Shown one piece after another: positions 50,746-63,975 of a stretch of DNA of 64,000 nt; positions within the stretch are counted from its first letter, which is position 1; the number at the start of each line of letters is the position of its first letter. The position numbers and the translations under genes are program-made. Source of the stretch: Okamejei kenojei. Taxonomy: Eukaryota. The stretch covers positions 14,632,001 to 14,696,000 of the forward strand of contig CM069157.1 in the NCBI GenBank assembly GCA_035221665.1, read 5' to 3'. The notes beneath the pieces were generated by a model, which had not been told where the DNA came from, did no database searches, and saw only the letters and a program-made list of their open reading frames with translations.

Positions 50746-51519
50746 AAAGAGATCTTTCACCTTCTATCCTTTACCCAAATCCACCATTGAGCTTGTGCAA
50801 CAACAATGCTTCTGATACAACTGTATTTGCATGCCTCCCTGCTAAGTACACCAGGTACTGAAAGCAAGACAGAATCACCGACTGTGTACTCTCCTTAAGA
50901 TTCTTCAGACCAGTACTTTTACTGAACTATGTCAGACTGGATCTCAGAAGCTATGTATAGTACACCCATTGTTCAGGCTCTGTCTGATACACATCAGCAA
51001 TAGATCACTCGTAATTGATGACTTGCTACAATCCAGCTATATTGTCAGTTCTGGAACAATATACTGTATATCATTTATGGTTCTCTGAGTATTAAAGAAA
51101 GAACATAAATTGAGTTCATTATAATGTACCATCTAACTCTGCATTCATGTTACTTGCAAGGACACATTGCTGTGCAGTGGCCGATCATTTGATTATATTC
51201 ATGTAGTCAGTACCTCAATAATACCTTGGCTCAGAAAACATCTGCAGCATAAATGAAGCAATATAACACATTATTGATTTTCTTCCAGTTTATCATTTTT
51301 CATGCACAAAATGTGAATACCAGCATTGTAAAAAAAAAAATCACGACAAATAGAGTATCTTATTTACTTTTTTTTTCCTTGTATGGATTTGGAAAATTAA
51401 CTAAACTAAGCAATGGTTGAAAATTATCAGCTTAAGTAAAAGTTAAGGAAAAACTTTGTATTTCCATCCAGAAATTAACAAAGCATTTTCAGGAATAACC
51501 TTGAAAAAGATGTATGTCT

Positions 51520-52612
51520 TACGAATCTGATTGAGTCTTTTTAAGGAGTAACCAAAAATGTTGATGAGAGTAAAGCTGTAGGCATAGTCTACATGGACTT
51601 CAGCAAGGTATTTGATCAGGTTCTGCATGGTAGGCTGCTCTGGAAGGTTAGATTGTATGGGCTCCAGGAGGAGCTAGCCAACTGGATAGAGAAATGGAAG
51701 CAGAGGGTGTTAGTGGAAGGTTGATTTTTGGATGGATTGGAGGCCTGTGACTAGTGGTGTGCCTCAGGGATCAAGTGCTGGGTCCTTTGCTGCTTGTGGT
51801 TTATATCAACGATTTGACGGAGATCGTACAAGGTATGGTTAGTAAGTTTGCAGATGATACTAATGTAGGTGGTATTGTAGATAGTGAAGATGGTTGTCAC
51901 ATTACAAATTACAGCAGCATCTTGATCAGTTGGGCAAGTAAGCAGAGGAATGTTTTTAATTAAGTTTTTGCAGAAGTGTGAGGTGTTACATTTTGGGAAA
52001 TCAACCCAGGCAGGACATTCACAGTGAATGGCAAGGCCCTGTGAAGTGTGCAGAGCAGAGGGATCTAGGAGTGTTGGTACATAGCACCTTGAAAGTTGCC
52101 TCACAGATGGCAAAGGTGGTCATGAAGGCTTTCAGTACATTGGCCTTCAACAGTCAGAGTACTGAGTTTAGAAGTTGGGATGTAATGTTACATTTTTCCA
52201 AGATGTTGGTGAGGTCGCATTTGGAGTTTTGTGTTCAGTTTTATTCACCCTGCCAATGGAACGATGGTGTTCAGCTGGAAAGAGGGCAGAGGAGATTTAT
52301 CAGGATGCTGCCAGGACTTGACTACCTGAGCTACTGGGAGATCTTGGGCAGGTTAGGACTCGATTCCTTGGAGCACAGGAGACTGAGGGGTGATCTTATA
52401 GAGCTGTATAAGATCACAAGGGAAATAGATAAGGTAGATGCACAGTCTTTTACCCACAGTTGGGGAATTGAGAACCAGAGGACATAGGTTTAATGTGAGA
52501 GGGGTATGGGCCAAACTCAGGCAGGTGGGATAATTGTAGATGGGGCATCTTGGTTGGCACTGGCAAGTTAGGTCGAAGGGCCTGTTTTCATGATGTATGA
52601 CCATGATTCTAT
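51520..52612 (+). mobile_element. CR1/HER1 LINE RT fragment plus 3' tail
   Basis: YMDFSKVFD region, LGPLLLVVYINDL, KFADDT, VRSHLEFCVQF, RRLRGDLIELYK; tail gtcgaagggcctgttt. Confidence 0.9.
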
Positions 52613-53009
52613 GACAGCAAATGACAAATAATGTAAAGTCTAATAGAAAAAAAATGGGGTGCAAACTGAAACCAATACCAAATTACTATTTACGAGCCCA
52701 ATCTAAACATAGATTGATAACGAAAAGAAAGAACCCCTGGCTTTTAATTCAGCCATCTTGAAATCAAGGCAGAAGAATATCTCTTCAAGCACACAACCTG
52801 GAATCACGAGTTCTTAAATAATAAACCGCTTACAATCTCAGACTATGTTACAACCCACTAATGCAGCTTCAATATGCATAATGAAGCTGTTTCATTATTC
52901 AGACACAGCAAATGTTTTTGCCTTTTCCTGTGTACCTATCCAAATGACCATTTTTGGTGAATATTTATGGTGGTGTTTGTAAACAGTGCGAGACTTTAAT
53001 GACAGCAAG

Positions 53010-53352
53010 GACATCAGAGGACACTGATGTCCTTGTTGTCCTCCCGTTCCGAGGTCGGAGTTCCATCATCCCGGTGAGCGGGCCTGAGCAGTGGGCCACC
53101 CGTAGCGGCAACCGCGGAGGGCTCGGGAGGTCCCGACCACGGGTGAACATCAAGAACATCAAGAACATCAGAGAAAGAGGAATGACTTAGGTGCCTTCCC
53201 TCACAGTGGGAAACTTTGATTCTGCCGTGTGGGGATGTTTTATGTTGGAGTCTGCAGTGTGTTGTGTTCTATTTTAATTTGTATGGCAGTATGGTGACCA
53301 CACATTTCACTGTACCAACTGGTGCATGTGACAAATAAATGTATCTGGTATC
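53010..53352 (+). mobile_element. GC-rich-headed short element with a Rex1-like tail
   Basis: CpG-rich body, (gaacatcaa)x3, tail tttcactgtacc...tgtgacaaataaa like the reverse of 46340-46372 and 29590-29622. Confidence 0.45.
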
Positions 53353-53831
53353 TTTATTCTAAAGTGCCTCCCAAATTGGCCTTGATATAAAAAGCTTGAA
53401 AACCATTCTCAGATGGTTATTTTACGATCTCCACTTGTTTTCTAGTGCGGGATTTTATAAAGTCTCGATATTCATGATACAAATCCCCTCTTTCACTATT
53501 ATAAAATGCCCAAATAACTGGAAGAATAAGAAAAGCAGTATTAGTGCACTGCGGAAGATGTGGTGTTAGTAATGGAATGCTTGCTTAACTGTTCATTCCC
53601 TTGTTACTGTTCTCATCTTGCCAGTAATACACTCCCACGCATGCATTTTTACTTAACAAGTACACCTCCTCTCTTGCTTTTTCAGTCAAAACAATTAAAC
53701 AGAAGGTGGGGATCAGACCAATTCATTTTTCACATTAAAAAACAAACACACAACATTCCTTTCGTGAAGCAATCCAAGGCCAGGAAATAAAAAGGAAGGA
53801 TTATTGCACAAGCTAAACCGTCTCAGGCAGA

Positions 53832-54038
53832 GTCACAAGAGACTGCAGACGCTGGAATATTGAGCAAGACCTACCTGCAACCTCAGCATTTCAGGCAGCA
53901 TCTATGGAGGGGATGGCATTTCAAGTCGGGACCCTTCTTCAAGGTCATCTTCCAGTCTTGAAGAAGGGTTACAATTTGAATGGCATCTGTTCATTTCCCT
54001 CCACAGATTCTCTCAGACCCGCTGAGTTCCCCCAGCAG
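53832..54038. mobile_element. Fold-back Penelope-like element
   Basis: gacccttcttcaag...cttgaagaagggt inverted centre with flanking arms. Confidence 0.65.
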
Positions 54039-54274
54039 ATCTAAGGCAGAGATTGCTGCCATATTCCTCGCAATGAGCCTTTTTTTGTGGTATTATGAAA
54101 ACAGCAATTACATGCCGTTATAATGAGGCTTCTAATTTCATGGAAATAAGAAATCAACTAAATGACTCCCAGTAGGGTCCTTTACACAGAATGCTTGTTA
54201 ACATGCTGTTTAGATGCTGGCTGAGACCCTTTGGCTGCTTGGTTCTTGAGTGTAATGGATACCGTGCCTCCTCA

Positions 54275-54968
54275 TACAGTAGTGTCATACAGCACAGAAG
54301 CAGGCCCTTCGTTCCAACTTGTTCATGCTGACCAAGATGCCCCATGCAAGCTAGTTGCATTTACCCACCTATGGCCAATATATCTCTAAACCTATCCTAC
54401 TCATGTCCAATTGTCTTGTAATGTTCTTACACCTGCCCTAAAAAAAGTCCTTCATAAGTTCATGTTTATGTGATAGGAGTGGAATTAGGCCATTTTCCCC
54501 ATCAAGTCTACTCCACCATTCAATCATGGCTGTTCTATCTATCTCATAACCCCATTCTCCTGTCTTCTCCCCATAACCCCTGACACCCGTACTAATCAAG
54601 AATCTATCTCTGCCTTGAAACTATCCATTGACCTGGCCTCTGTCCTCTGGAAGTTCATTTCCATCTACTCGCCAATCTCTGAGTGAGAAGGTTGCCCCAC
54701 TGTTCCTATTAAATCTTTCCCCTCTGAGATTAAACATATGCCCTCTAATTCTGGGAAAAAAAAGTATATGTGCATTCCTCTCTTGATCTTATACACCACT
54801 GTAAGATCACCCCTCAACCTCCTGAGCTCCAAAGAATAACAACTTAAATTGCCCAACCTCTCCATATGGCTCAGGCCCTCTGGTTCTTGCAGCCTCCTCA
54901 TAAATCCTCTCTGCATCCTTTCTAGTTTAATGGCATCTTTCCTATAGCAGGATGACAAAAGCTGAACA
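54275..54968 (-). mobile_element. CR1 fragment with a second CR1 tail nested (~54450-54650)
   Basis: Minus-strand CYRKDAIKLERMQRGF...RRLRGDL; both tail types are present. Confidence 0.8.
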
Positions 54969-55423
54969 AGTTTGGAGGTGAGTGGTAGAATCTAGTGGCA
55001 GTTAATGCGAACGTGGGATTAGTGTAAATGGGCGGCACCTACTTGTTGGGCTGAAGGGCCTGTTTATGTGCTTTACCTCTCTGTGAGAGCATGAGATCTG
55101 CTCACTGAGACAGAATGTCAGCTCAGTGCTAATAAAGAGATGTGCGATATGCAGAGTACTGCCCTGCCGACTATAAATTCAGAAGGTTCAGAAGGTAGAG
55201 AAGATTAGAAATGATTTCACATGTTATAGACACAAGTCATGCGTAAAGATACTAAAATGTGTGCAATTTAGACTGGTAAGGAAAATAATTGAGTAAATAT
55301 CTTCTAGGAGCATGAATAAATGCAAATCGATAAATGTGGAAAGATGGATGGAAAAAAACTAAAACAATCTCACGACTGTAAAAGATTCTGTAGCACTTTT
55401 TTTATCCACTAAAGTACTTGGAG

Positions 55424-55650
55424 TAGAAACAAAGAACAACAGATGCTGGTTTATACCAAAGATAGACACAAGGTACCGGAGTAACTCAGTGGATCAGGCA
55501 ATATCTCTGGGGAAAAAAGGATGGGTGAAGTTTCAGGTCGGGACCCTTCCACAGTGTCTGAAGAAGGGTCCCGACCCAAAATGTCACCCATCCTTTTTCT
55601 CCAGATATGCTGCCTGATCCTCTGAGTTACTTCAGCACCTTGAGTCTATC
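55424..55650. mobile_element. Fold-back Penelope-like element with ~15-bp TSD
   Basis: Centre gtctgaagaagggtcccgacccaaaatgtcacc; flanks ctaaagtacttggag and ctacagtacttagag. Confidence 0.78.
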
Positions 55651-55679
55651 TACAGTACTTAGAGGTCTAGTTATTGTTT

Positions 55680-55935
55680 TAATGAATGAGACACCAATTT
55701 GCAGCAGAAAGCAGCAAGGAAGTGGTGACCAGATATTTGTTCTTTGTTGCCCAGGGCATCTGAGAGAATATGCCTCCCCCCCACCCACCCTTTCAAATAA
55801 TTGCTCTGGCATCTCTTAGCCCTACCAAAGAGGATAGACAGGCTCCCTTGGTTAAGAAACACATCCAGATGGGGCCTGATTTGAAACGTATTGCATACTG
55901 TTAGACCAGACTGGGTTATGTGCTGCATCTTACAA
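55680..55935 (-). mobile_element. Ancient DeuSINE-like relic
   Basis: ccaatttgc...tgaccagata...gcccagggcatctgagaga...tttcaaataattgctctggcatctctta...gacaggctcccttggtta resembles the recalled reverse Deu-domain. Confidence 0.45.
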
Positions 55936-56420
55936 TATTCCAGTTCGCCACCAGCGTAAATAGGATGACATTTGAGGTGGAACGAGGAGCTGGTATCTAT
56001 AAAAAGTTACAACAAATGAGAGTGGCATTGCTCACTGTATCATGGTTTTTGACCACAAACTGGGAAGTTATTCTGGGCTGACCCAGATTTACAGCATCCC
56101 AAAAAAAAAACAAATCAATTTTTCTAATTCTGGTTACTGTGTGATTCCACAGCTTTATCCCTGTTGCATATAAAAGCTTGTCTGGAACACAGCCCAGGGA
56201 AATTGGTGTGGGCTGAGGGTGGGGCCTGCTCCTGCCCACAGGAGTTACTTTGTGCAGTCACTCAGAGTAATGACTGTAGCTGGTGCTGATAATAGACTAC
56301 AGATCCCTTAGATCACTAACTATCCCAGACAGACCTCTGTACCTCTGAACATCTGAATAAACAGAGAGGGATTCTTTGCTAACATCTCCATAGTGCCTGC
56401 ACATTTACATGTCCCAACTA

Positions 56421-56738
56421 CAGACACCCCCCACCTACATAAGGGTTACGTTCTGTGAACCCCGTGTAAGCCAGATCTTACGTAAATCTTTATAACTATC
56501 ACCTGCCCGAAATATCTCACTGAGAGTATTATCTGCCTTGCAGCGGCGTCCAACTGCATCCAGGGCAATTTATGCAACGCGCGTGTTGTGGATAAAGCAA
56601 CACCGCCATTGCGGGCTTGTTCCCAAAGTAAACTTGAATTGACAAACTGCCCTGATTGCACCAGGGTCTGAGTACAGAAGTGTTTCTGTAAGTGCGAGTT
56701 TACGGAAGTCGCCTACAGCGTAGGTCACGGAGCGTCTA
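56421..56738. mobile_element. Degenerate Tigger/pogo-like non-autonomous element
   Basis: ta|cagacacccc..acctac versus cgtaggtcacggagcgtct; subterminal cttacg/cgtaag-like motifs. Confidence 0.45.
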
Positions 56739-57701
56739 CAGTTAAATGCAAAAATGTTCAAAGTTAAATGTAGGAAACGCATAAACCTCTTTGTGTGTCT
56801 GCTTCCATCAAGATTCACAATGCCCATGTGATCCATTGTAGCACACAGGAACGCCACACAGTAATGACTTGGCCTCCACAGCTGTTTGTGGCAATGAATT
56901 CAGCAGATTCATCACCCGCTGATTAAAGAAATTCCTCCTGATCTCCTTTCTAAAGCAACGTCCTTATATTCTGAGGCTTTGGCCTCTGGTCCTATATTCT
57001 CACTCTTCATATCATCCTTTCCATCTTCTTCTGCGAGATTCATCAATCGGGCCAAGCAGCTGAAAGGAAGTGTGCAGTTTATTTAAGGAGTGGGTGTAAG
57101 AACAGGGAGGTTGAGTATGTGGCAATGTAGAAGAAAGCTGCTGCTTCAGCGTGAGTGCCAGTATGAAGGCCTGTGTGTGTAAGTTAAGAATGGAGACCAG
57201 TGTAGAGGTTACAGTGAAAGGAGATATCCTGTTGCTGACATCAGCTGCAGAAATGCAGATCATAGTGTTCAAAGGTGAAACCAGGGGGAATGTCCTAACA
57301 GAATGCTTTCCGCTCCACAAACAGATGAGAATTCCATATTTCCTTATGATGTAGAAGTCCGTTCAGCCCATTGTGTCAATGCTAGCTCATATAGCAATCC
57401 CTCCCCCCCCCCCCCCCGCTAATCTTCCTTGTAAACTATTCCTTCCACTTTCCTCCAAACTCCCCCAACCCCTTCAAATTCTACCACTTACCTGCAAATC
57501 AGAGGCAATTTACAGTGGCCCATTATCCTACAAATCTATACATCTTTCAGATTGGGATCAGATTTGCAAAACTGAGCCATCAGCTTGCTATTAACGAATG
57601 GCTTACAATCTACTGCGCAACAGGACAGACAGGAATCGCACATCGTAGTTAGAGATGCGCAAATTTGGGCAAACATTATTCAGCGAGAATAGGTTGAGTT
57701 A

Positions 57702-57989
57702 TGCCCCTGTCCCACTTAGGAAAACTGAACAGAAACCTCTGGAGACTTTGCACCCCACCCAAGGTATCCGTGCGGTTCCTGGGGTTCCCGGAGGTTTTTG
57801 TCTTCCGGCAACCACCTTCAACTAGCATCGCAAACGGCTCTGACAAATAAATTACCGATTTCTAAAACGGAAACCACTTTCGACCATTAGGGAGACTGAC
57901 AAAAACCTCCGGGAACCGAACGGAAACCTTGGGTGGGGCGCAAAGTCTCCAGAGGTTTCCGTTCAGGTTTCCTAAGTGGGACAGGGGCA
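57702..57989. mobile_element. PIF/Harbinger-like MITE, 288 bp, TTA TSD
   Basis: tta|tgcccctgtcccacttaggaaa...tttcctaagtgggacaggggca|tta; arms complementary over ~95-100 bp. Confidence 0.88.
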
Positions 57990-58289
57990 TTAGTGTTTCC
58001 GGTGTAACTAATTGTAGCTTTCAGAATTTTCCATTCTCTGAATTCCGGCTGCACAGAGCAACAGCTGAGGTTTGTTACATCAGTAACCAGTAGTCCAGTC
58101 GCAGACACGTGCAGAATATATCTCCAGGGAGGCTCCCACACTAAATCATGTATGGAATAAACAGCAAAATCACTGTGCCTGCTGTGCACATGTACAGTTC
58201 TGTGCGCACAGACTCAATCTCAAAGCAGGCAGTTTAGAGAATTCAATAGAGAATTTTAACCCTCTCCACCCCAGTAAATTCTAAGGGAA

Positions 58290-58905
58290 TAGAGTCATAG
58301 AATCATGCAGCGTGGAAACAGGCCCTTCGGCCCAACTTGCCAACGCCGGCCAACGTGTCCTAGCTACACTAGTCCCAACTGCCAGCATTTGGTCCATATC
58401 CCTCCAAACCTGTCCTATCCATGGACCTGTCTAACTTTTTCTTAAATGTTGGGATAGTCTCTGCCTTACATTTCTCCTCCGGCAGCCTGTTCCATACATC
58501 CACCACCCTTTGTGTGAAAAAGTTACCCCTCAAATTCCTATTAAATCTTTCCCACTTCACCTTAAACCTATGCCCTCTAGTCTTCGATTCACCTACTCTG
58601 GGCAAGAGACTCTGTGCATCTACCCAATCTATTTATCTCACGATCTTATACACCTCTATAAGATCACCCCTCATCCTCCTGCGCTCCATGGAATAGAGTC
58701 CCAGCCTCCTCAACCTCTCCCTGTAGCTCAGGCCCTCTAGTCCTGGCAACATCCTAGTAAATCTTCTCTGTACACTTTACAGCTTGACAACCTCTTTCCT
58801 ATTACACGGTGCCCAGACTGAACACAATACTCTAAATGTGGCCTGACCGACATCTTATACAATTGCAATACTCAATACACTGGCTGATGAAGGTCAATGT
58901 GCAAA
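58290..58905 (-). mobile_element. CR1/HER1 LINE 3' fragment
   Basis: Minus-strand KTRGHRFKVK...FFTQRVVDVWNRLP; tail agagtcatagaatcat. Confidence 0.92.
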
Positions 58906-59777
58906 AGCCTTTTCGAGTCCTTCTCGAACGAGCTTAGTTTGATACGTTTCTTCATGGGGCCATAGGATCAGCGTTGCAGTTCTCCATCCCAGCAAATAAA
59001 CTTTGAGGCTCTCTGCCCCATTCCCATGCAAAAAAAAAATCCACCTGTTGCATATCCGATCTACAAAGTTTACTTTCATTATCATTGCATATTGTTCCTG
59101 AGATGTTTGACTGGGTGAATGGGAGGTGAATAGAATGAGTTATCTGACTAAAACATCTCAGAAAGGTGATTTCCCCAAAATGGTAACTGGCCAGTGTGGT
59201 TAGCCTATAGTCACCTTTATGTCAATAATTCCAAGTGCAATATTTATCTGGGATGTGTGTTGTGTTCCATTCACATATTCTGCCAGTACCAGGATTTAAC
59301 TCATCACATTGATCCTTCGAACAGCAATTTGTTCCAACCTACCCTACATTAACTTTCTCCTAACCCAGGCTACTTATGTATTTTTATTCACTGTTAAAAA
59401 CAAATACTCTAGCGAGCTAAATCAGCCTCTAGTTTTTATTTCTATTTTTCAGCTGTTCCCAACTGTACAATCACATGAGATCAGTGCATTTAAAGTAAAC
59501 GGCAGCTCTGTTTTTCATAAGTTATCTCTGATCGTAAATTTCCATTTTCAGCAGCGATGAGCCACTTGGTCGAAATGCAGCGAAGTTCAATGAACTGCCA
59601 TAACGTGATTTATTTACAAATTGGCTTTGCATTCTTGCTGCTGTCAGTGGTTTCCACCGTGCTTACAGTTGAATGAATAGCTCCCTGTGGAATGATGGTG
59701 GGTGTGCTGAGATCATTGAAGATTGCTTCATTAAATGCGAGCAAAAGCTGGAAACTTATGGAATTTTCAGGATCCGT

Positions 59778-60065
59778 AGCAAAAAAGTGGTGAACACAAC
59801 CCAGTCCATAACTGATACTGACCACTCCACCATCGAAAGGATCTACAGGAGTCGCTGCCTCAAAAAGGTAGCCAACATCATCAGGGTCCCACACCGCCCT
59901 TGCCATTGGGGAGAAGTATAGGAGCCTGAAAACTGTAACGGCCAGGTTCATGAGCAGCTTCTTCCCTACAGCCATCATGCTATTAAGCACTACAACCTCC
60001 AAATAAGCTCAGAACTGCATAGATTTGGGGAAATTATTTTTATATTTGAACTATTATTGTTTGTT
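59778..60065 (+). mobile_element. Rex1/Babar-like LINE 3' fragment
   Basis: KKVVNTTQSIT...IYRSRCLKKVANII..PHRP and TARFMSSFFPTAIMLL. Confidence 0.75.
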
Positions 60066-60077
60066 TGAATTTTTTCT

Positions 60078-60163
60078 CAAAGTGTTGGAGTAACTCAACG
60101 GGTCAGGCAGCATCTCTGGAGAACATGCTAAGATGATGTTTTGAGTCTGGATGCTTCTTCAGG
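60078..60163 (-). mobile_element. Penelope-like single arm
   Basis: aaagtgttggagtaactcaacgggtcaggcagcatctctggag...cttcttcag. Confidence 0.6.
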
Positions 60164-60754
60164 TTTCTAATTCAATCTGGATTGTCCACCAACACATAAC
60201 AAAATCTTTGCAAAGTATAGAATTTAAACCTTTACATAAATCCTACTTTCCCAGTAACTAAAGCAGTTGAAGTCATATCAAATCTGCTGCAAAACGACAA
60301 CAGCATTGCGCTACTGTGGAATCCTCTCATTTGAATGGCTAATATAAAATGCACAACATTCTGCTAATGACAATCTTCCTTCTGCCCTGATCGTTCCACT
60401 ATAATTAGGTATGGAATTTAGCGCTGTCTGCCTTTCACCTGGAAAAAGTAGTCATGATGACTATGGTGGGAATAGTAGTAAACAAGTCAATGCTTAAGTA
60501 ATAAATCCAACACATGACGGAGGAATCTAATGTATCTTTATGTATTGCATTCATGTAGTGTGGAGGAATTTGTGAGCGAGTTATAGCAGGTTGCTTTGGT
60601 ACAGTTACCGTACACACTGCCGGGGAATGCCTCCTTATATTATCAGAGCTGAAAATAATTGTGATATTGGGAAGGAGGACAAAAATGTACATAAAAATAA
60701 GCAACCTTGCTCGTTTGCCTACATGTGGCAGTTTAACCCAAAAGGAAAAAAAAG

Positions 60755-60977
60755 CTTCACTCTAAAAGGGTGGTGGGTGTATGGAACGAACGTCCAGAGG
60801 AGGTAGTTGAGGCCGGAACTATCCCAACGATTAATAAACAGTTAGACAAGTACATGGATAGGACAGGTTTGGAGGATATGCGCCAAATGCAGATAGGTGG
60901 GACTAGTCTAGCTCGGACATGTTAGCCCATGTGGGCAAGTTGGGCCAAAGGGCCTGTTTCCAGGCTCTATGACTCTG
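60755..60977 (+). mobile_element. CR1/HER1 LINE 3' end
   Basis: gggtggtgggtgtatggaac...gggccaaagggcctgtttcc...ctatgactct. Confidence 0.85.
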
Positions 60978-61235
60978 AAATTGTTGTTTCTGACAGTTTA
61001 GTTTTCTCTGAATTCTGGGAAAAGTAATTTAAAAAAAATTGACTTACACCTGCAGTATAACCGAAAATGCAGACTTGATATCATCATTTAATTACACTAT
61101 TGTAAGTTATCTCAAATGCGCCGACTAACAGTCTGCCCTGTTGCATCTTGCCTGAGCCCCAGAAGAGTCAGTCTGAGCTGGCGACACACTCGTCAGTGAT
61201 CACCACTCTGTCTCAAAACACCCCTCAGGAGATCT

Positions 61236-61547
61236 ATTTAGTTTAGTTTTTTGGTTTAGTGATACATCGTGGAAACACGCCCTTTGTCCCGCCAAATCCA
61301 TGCCAACCATCGATCACCAGTGCTCATCATCACTCCTACACCCGAGGGTAAATTCACAGAAGCCAATTAACCTACAAACCTGCATGTCTTTGGGATGTGG
61401 GAGGAAACTGGAACACCCGGAGAAAACCCACGCGGCCACAGGGTGAACGTGCAAACTCCGCGCAGACAGTACCGGATCAGTCAGGATCATATCCGGATCT
61501 CTGGCGGTGTAAGGCAGCAACTCTACCGCTGCTCCAGTGTGCCACCC
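61236..61547 (-). mobile_element. HE1-type V-SINE
   Basis: Reverse HE1 with (tttag)n tail. Confidence 0.85.
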
Positions 61548-62076
61548 ATAAAATTTATTACAAATGCATAATCAGCCTCTTCCTTTTTAACTCATCAAGA
61601 TGAGTTGCTATCCCTCTTTTCAAAAGTGCTCCTTATATTTTTGTAAGCCTTGCTAAAAACATTCATTTGTTGAGCTGCCGCTTTGATTTATGTTTTACCT
61701 TCAGATCTATCTAACTTGCCATCTAAAAATTTCTCTCTACACAAACAGTTTTGGCAGGGAATTATTTTGTCTGGCATTACTAGGAGTAGACTTGTCATTC
61801 TGCATGGACCTGCTGGCTCCAAAGTAACTATCGATATTGCAAACTAGTTGCCTACCTCTCAACTCTCACCCTTCCCCAGTTGTGCAATAATGTCAAACAA
61901 ATGACAAATTATTTAAAATAACCTGAAAAATCACAGCCTAAACAAAATCAGCGTTGTCGTTGGGGAGGTGGGGCGGAAGAGATACTAGCAACAATAGTCT
62001 CACTCCTCTTCACTCATTGCACACGTGTCCATCTGCTTCAAAACGGGGTAGTTACTCCAATAGTTTTACTCTCTTA

Positions 62077-62315
62077 GCAGGAAGGAATTGCAGATGCTGG
62101 TTTATTGCAAAGACAGACACATAATGCTGGAGTAACTCAGCGGGTCAGGCAGCATCTCTGGAAAAACGGAATTGGTGATGTTTCAGGTCGGAACCCTTCT
62201 TCAGACCTTCCTTCAGTCCGAAGAAGGGCTCCGACCCAAAACGTCACAGATTCCTTTCTCTCCAGAGGTGCTGCCTGACCCTCTGAGTTACTTCCGCATT
62301 TTGTGTCTATCTGCA
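62077..62315. mobile_element. Fold-back Penelope-like element with perfect 13-bp TSD
   Basis: ttttactctctta at 62064-62076 and 62316-62328; both arms carry hammerhead-like heads back to back. Confidence 0.82.
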
Positions 62316-63188
62316 TTTTACTCTCTTACCCAGATGTGGAACCTTCAACTTGACTAGAATGTATAGTGTACAAAACGTAACACTACTGACTGGAAACAGA
62401 GAAACCATTCACAGTTTGTGTTGGAATTTTCAAGTCTTTTCAAAGTTCCCAACATCAATAGTCTCTTCAATATCGAGCTGTTTTCATCCATTGATCTGAT
62501 GTCGGCAGGAAGATTTCCTCCACATGATGGAGTTCAGAAGAAAACGTCTTGGACATCATTTTAACCCAATATAGTGAGTAGTAAACCGATGGAATTAGAC
62601 GGAGTGGTAGTTTTACGCCCTATCCGTTGACATTAGGGAGAGCCAAAGCAGGCAGACCATGAACTCAATATCACAGATTTCCTTGAGGTGTCACAGGTTA
62701 AATCTACCTCCTTCAACTCTTACAGGAACAGAACATAATTCAAAATTCAGTTATGCTGTTTTGCATCCATACATCTATAATAAAGGTGTAATTACAGTGT
62801 CTACTCGGAAATGTAGTCAGCTGGGTGGAACTGAGGTGTTGCAATCCCTGCTTTGTTTTTTTCATGTTACGTGGGTGAATGTTGAATGCTAAAGATTACT
62901 CACGGTCTGAAGATGCCACAGACACAGAGGCCAATGTGGCCACTGCCAAAGTTATTCTGTAGCGTATTTCAGTGTTGCTGCAACTCCTTCTGGTAGAAAA
63001 AAAATGGCAGTATGCGTTAGTGCCTGAAATTGGCCCCAATGAAGGGATGTAATGCTAGTTGCCTCTCTGAATGAATATCACGTTCTGGGGTTGACTGTGA
63101 GAGGCCTGTTGGCATATTAAATAGATCTACTGTCTAAAAGAGGCAAGTTTTCCATCTTGAACCTACACATTGCTGTCAGGCTGGCAGC

Positions 63189-63485
63189 TTTAGACCTGAG
63201 AAATACAACGCAAAAACAGGCTCTTCAGTTCACCGAGTCCGCACAGACCAGCAATCACCCTGTACACAAACACTATCCTACCCCACTAGGGACAATTTAC
63301 AACTTTTACCAAAGCCAATTAACCTACAAACCTGCACATCCTTGGAGTGTGGGAGGAAACCGGAGGACACGGAGAAAATCCACGGTCACTGGGAGAATGT
63401 ACAAACTCCGTACAGACCTGTACAAACCTGTAAACAGGATCGAACCTGGGTCTCTGGCGCTGTGGCTGCACCACTGTACCGCCCT
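63189..63485 (-). mobile_element. HE1-type V-SINE
   Basis: Reverse HE1 core and B box. Confidence 0.85.
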
Positions 63486-63740
63486 ATTGAATGGCAGGGA
63501 GCATGAAGCGGACATTTTCTCTGGGCAGCTGTCTTTGAAGAGGTGACCAACAAAGGTGAAGCTGCCTGTTTCCTTTCACCTGGGGCAACTTCTAACCCTG
63601 AATTTATCAATTAGATTTCCAACCAGCACTTGATGTTAGAAGTTGATTGGGAAAGTGCACAGCTATTAATGCACTTTCCCTGGAAGCAAAGGGGTAACCA
63701 AATCAGTTTATACCAAACATGAGACTGAGATGGAAGCACA

Positions 63741-63975
63741 ATGGCACGGCTGGTGGAGCTGCTGATTCTGCCAGACCTGGGTGCTGTTGGCGTGGAGTCT
63801 ACACGTTCTCCCTGTGACTGCATGGATTCCCACTGAGTGCTCTGGTTTCCTCCCATATCTCAAAGACATGCGGGTTTTTTCGGTTAATCAGCCTCAGTAA
63901 ATTCCCCCAAGTGTAAAGAGAGTTAGCGTTGAAGTGGGATAGCATAGAACTAGTGTGAACTGATGATCGATATTC
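63741..63975 (+). mobile_element. HE1-type V-SINE (degenerate)
   Basis: ggtgctgttggcgtggagtctacacgttctccctgtgactgcatgg...ggtttcctccca core. Confidence 0.7.
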
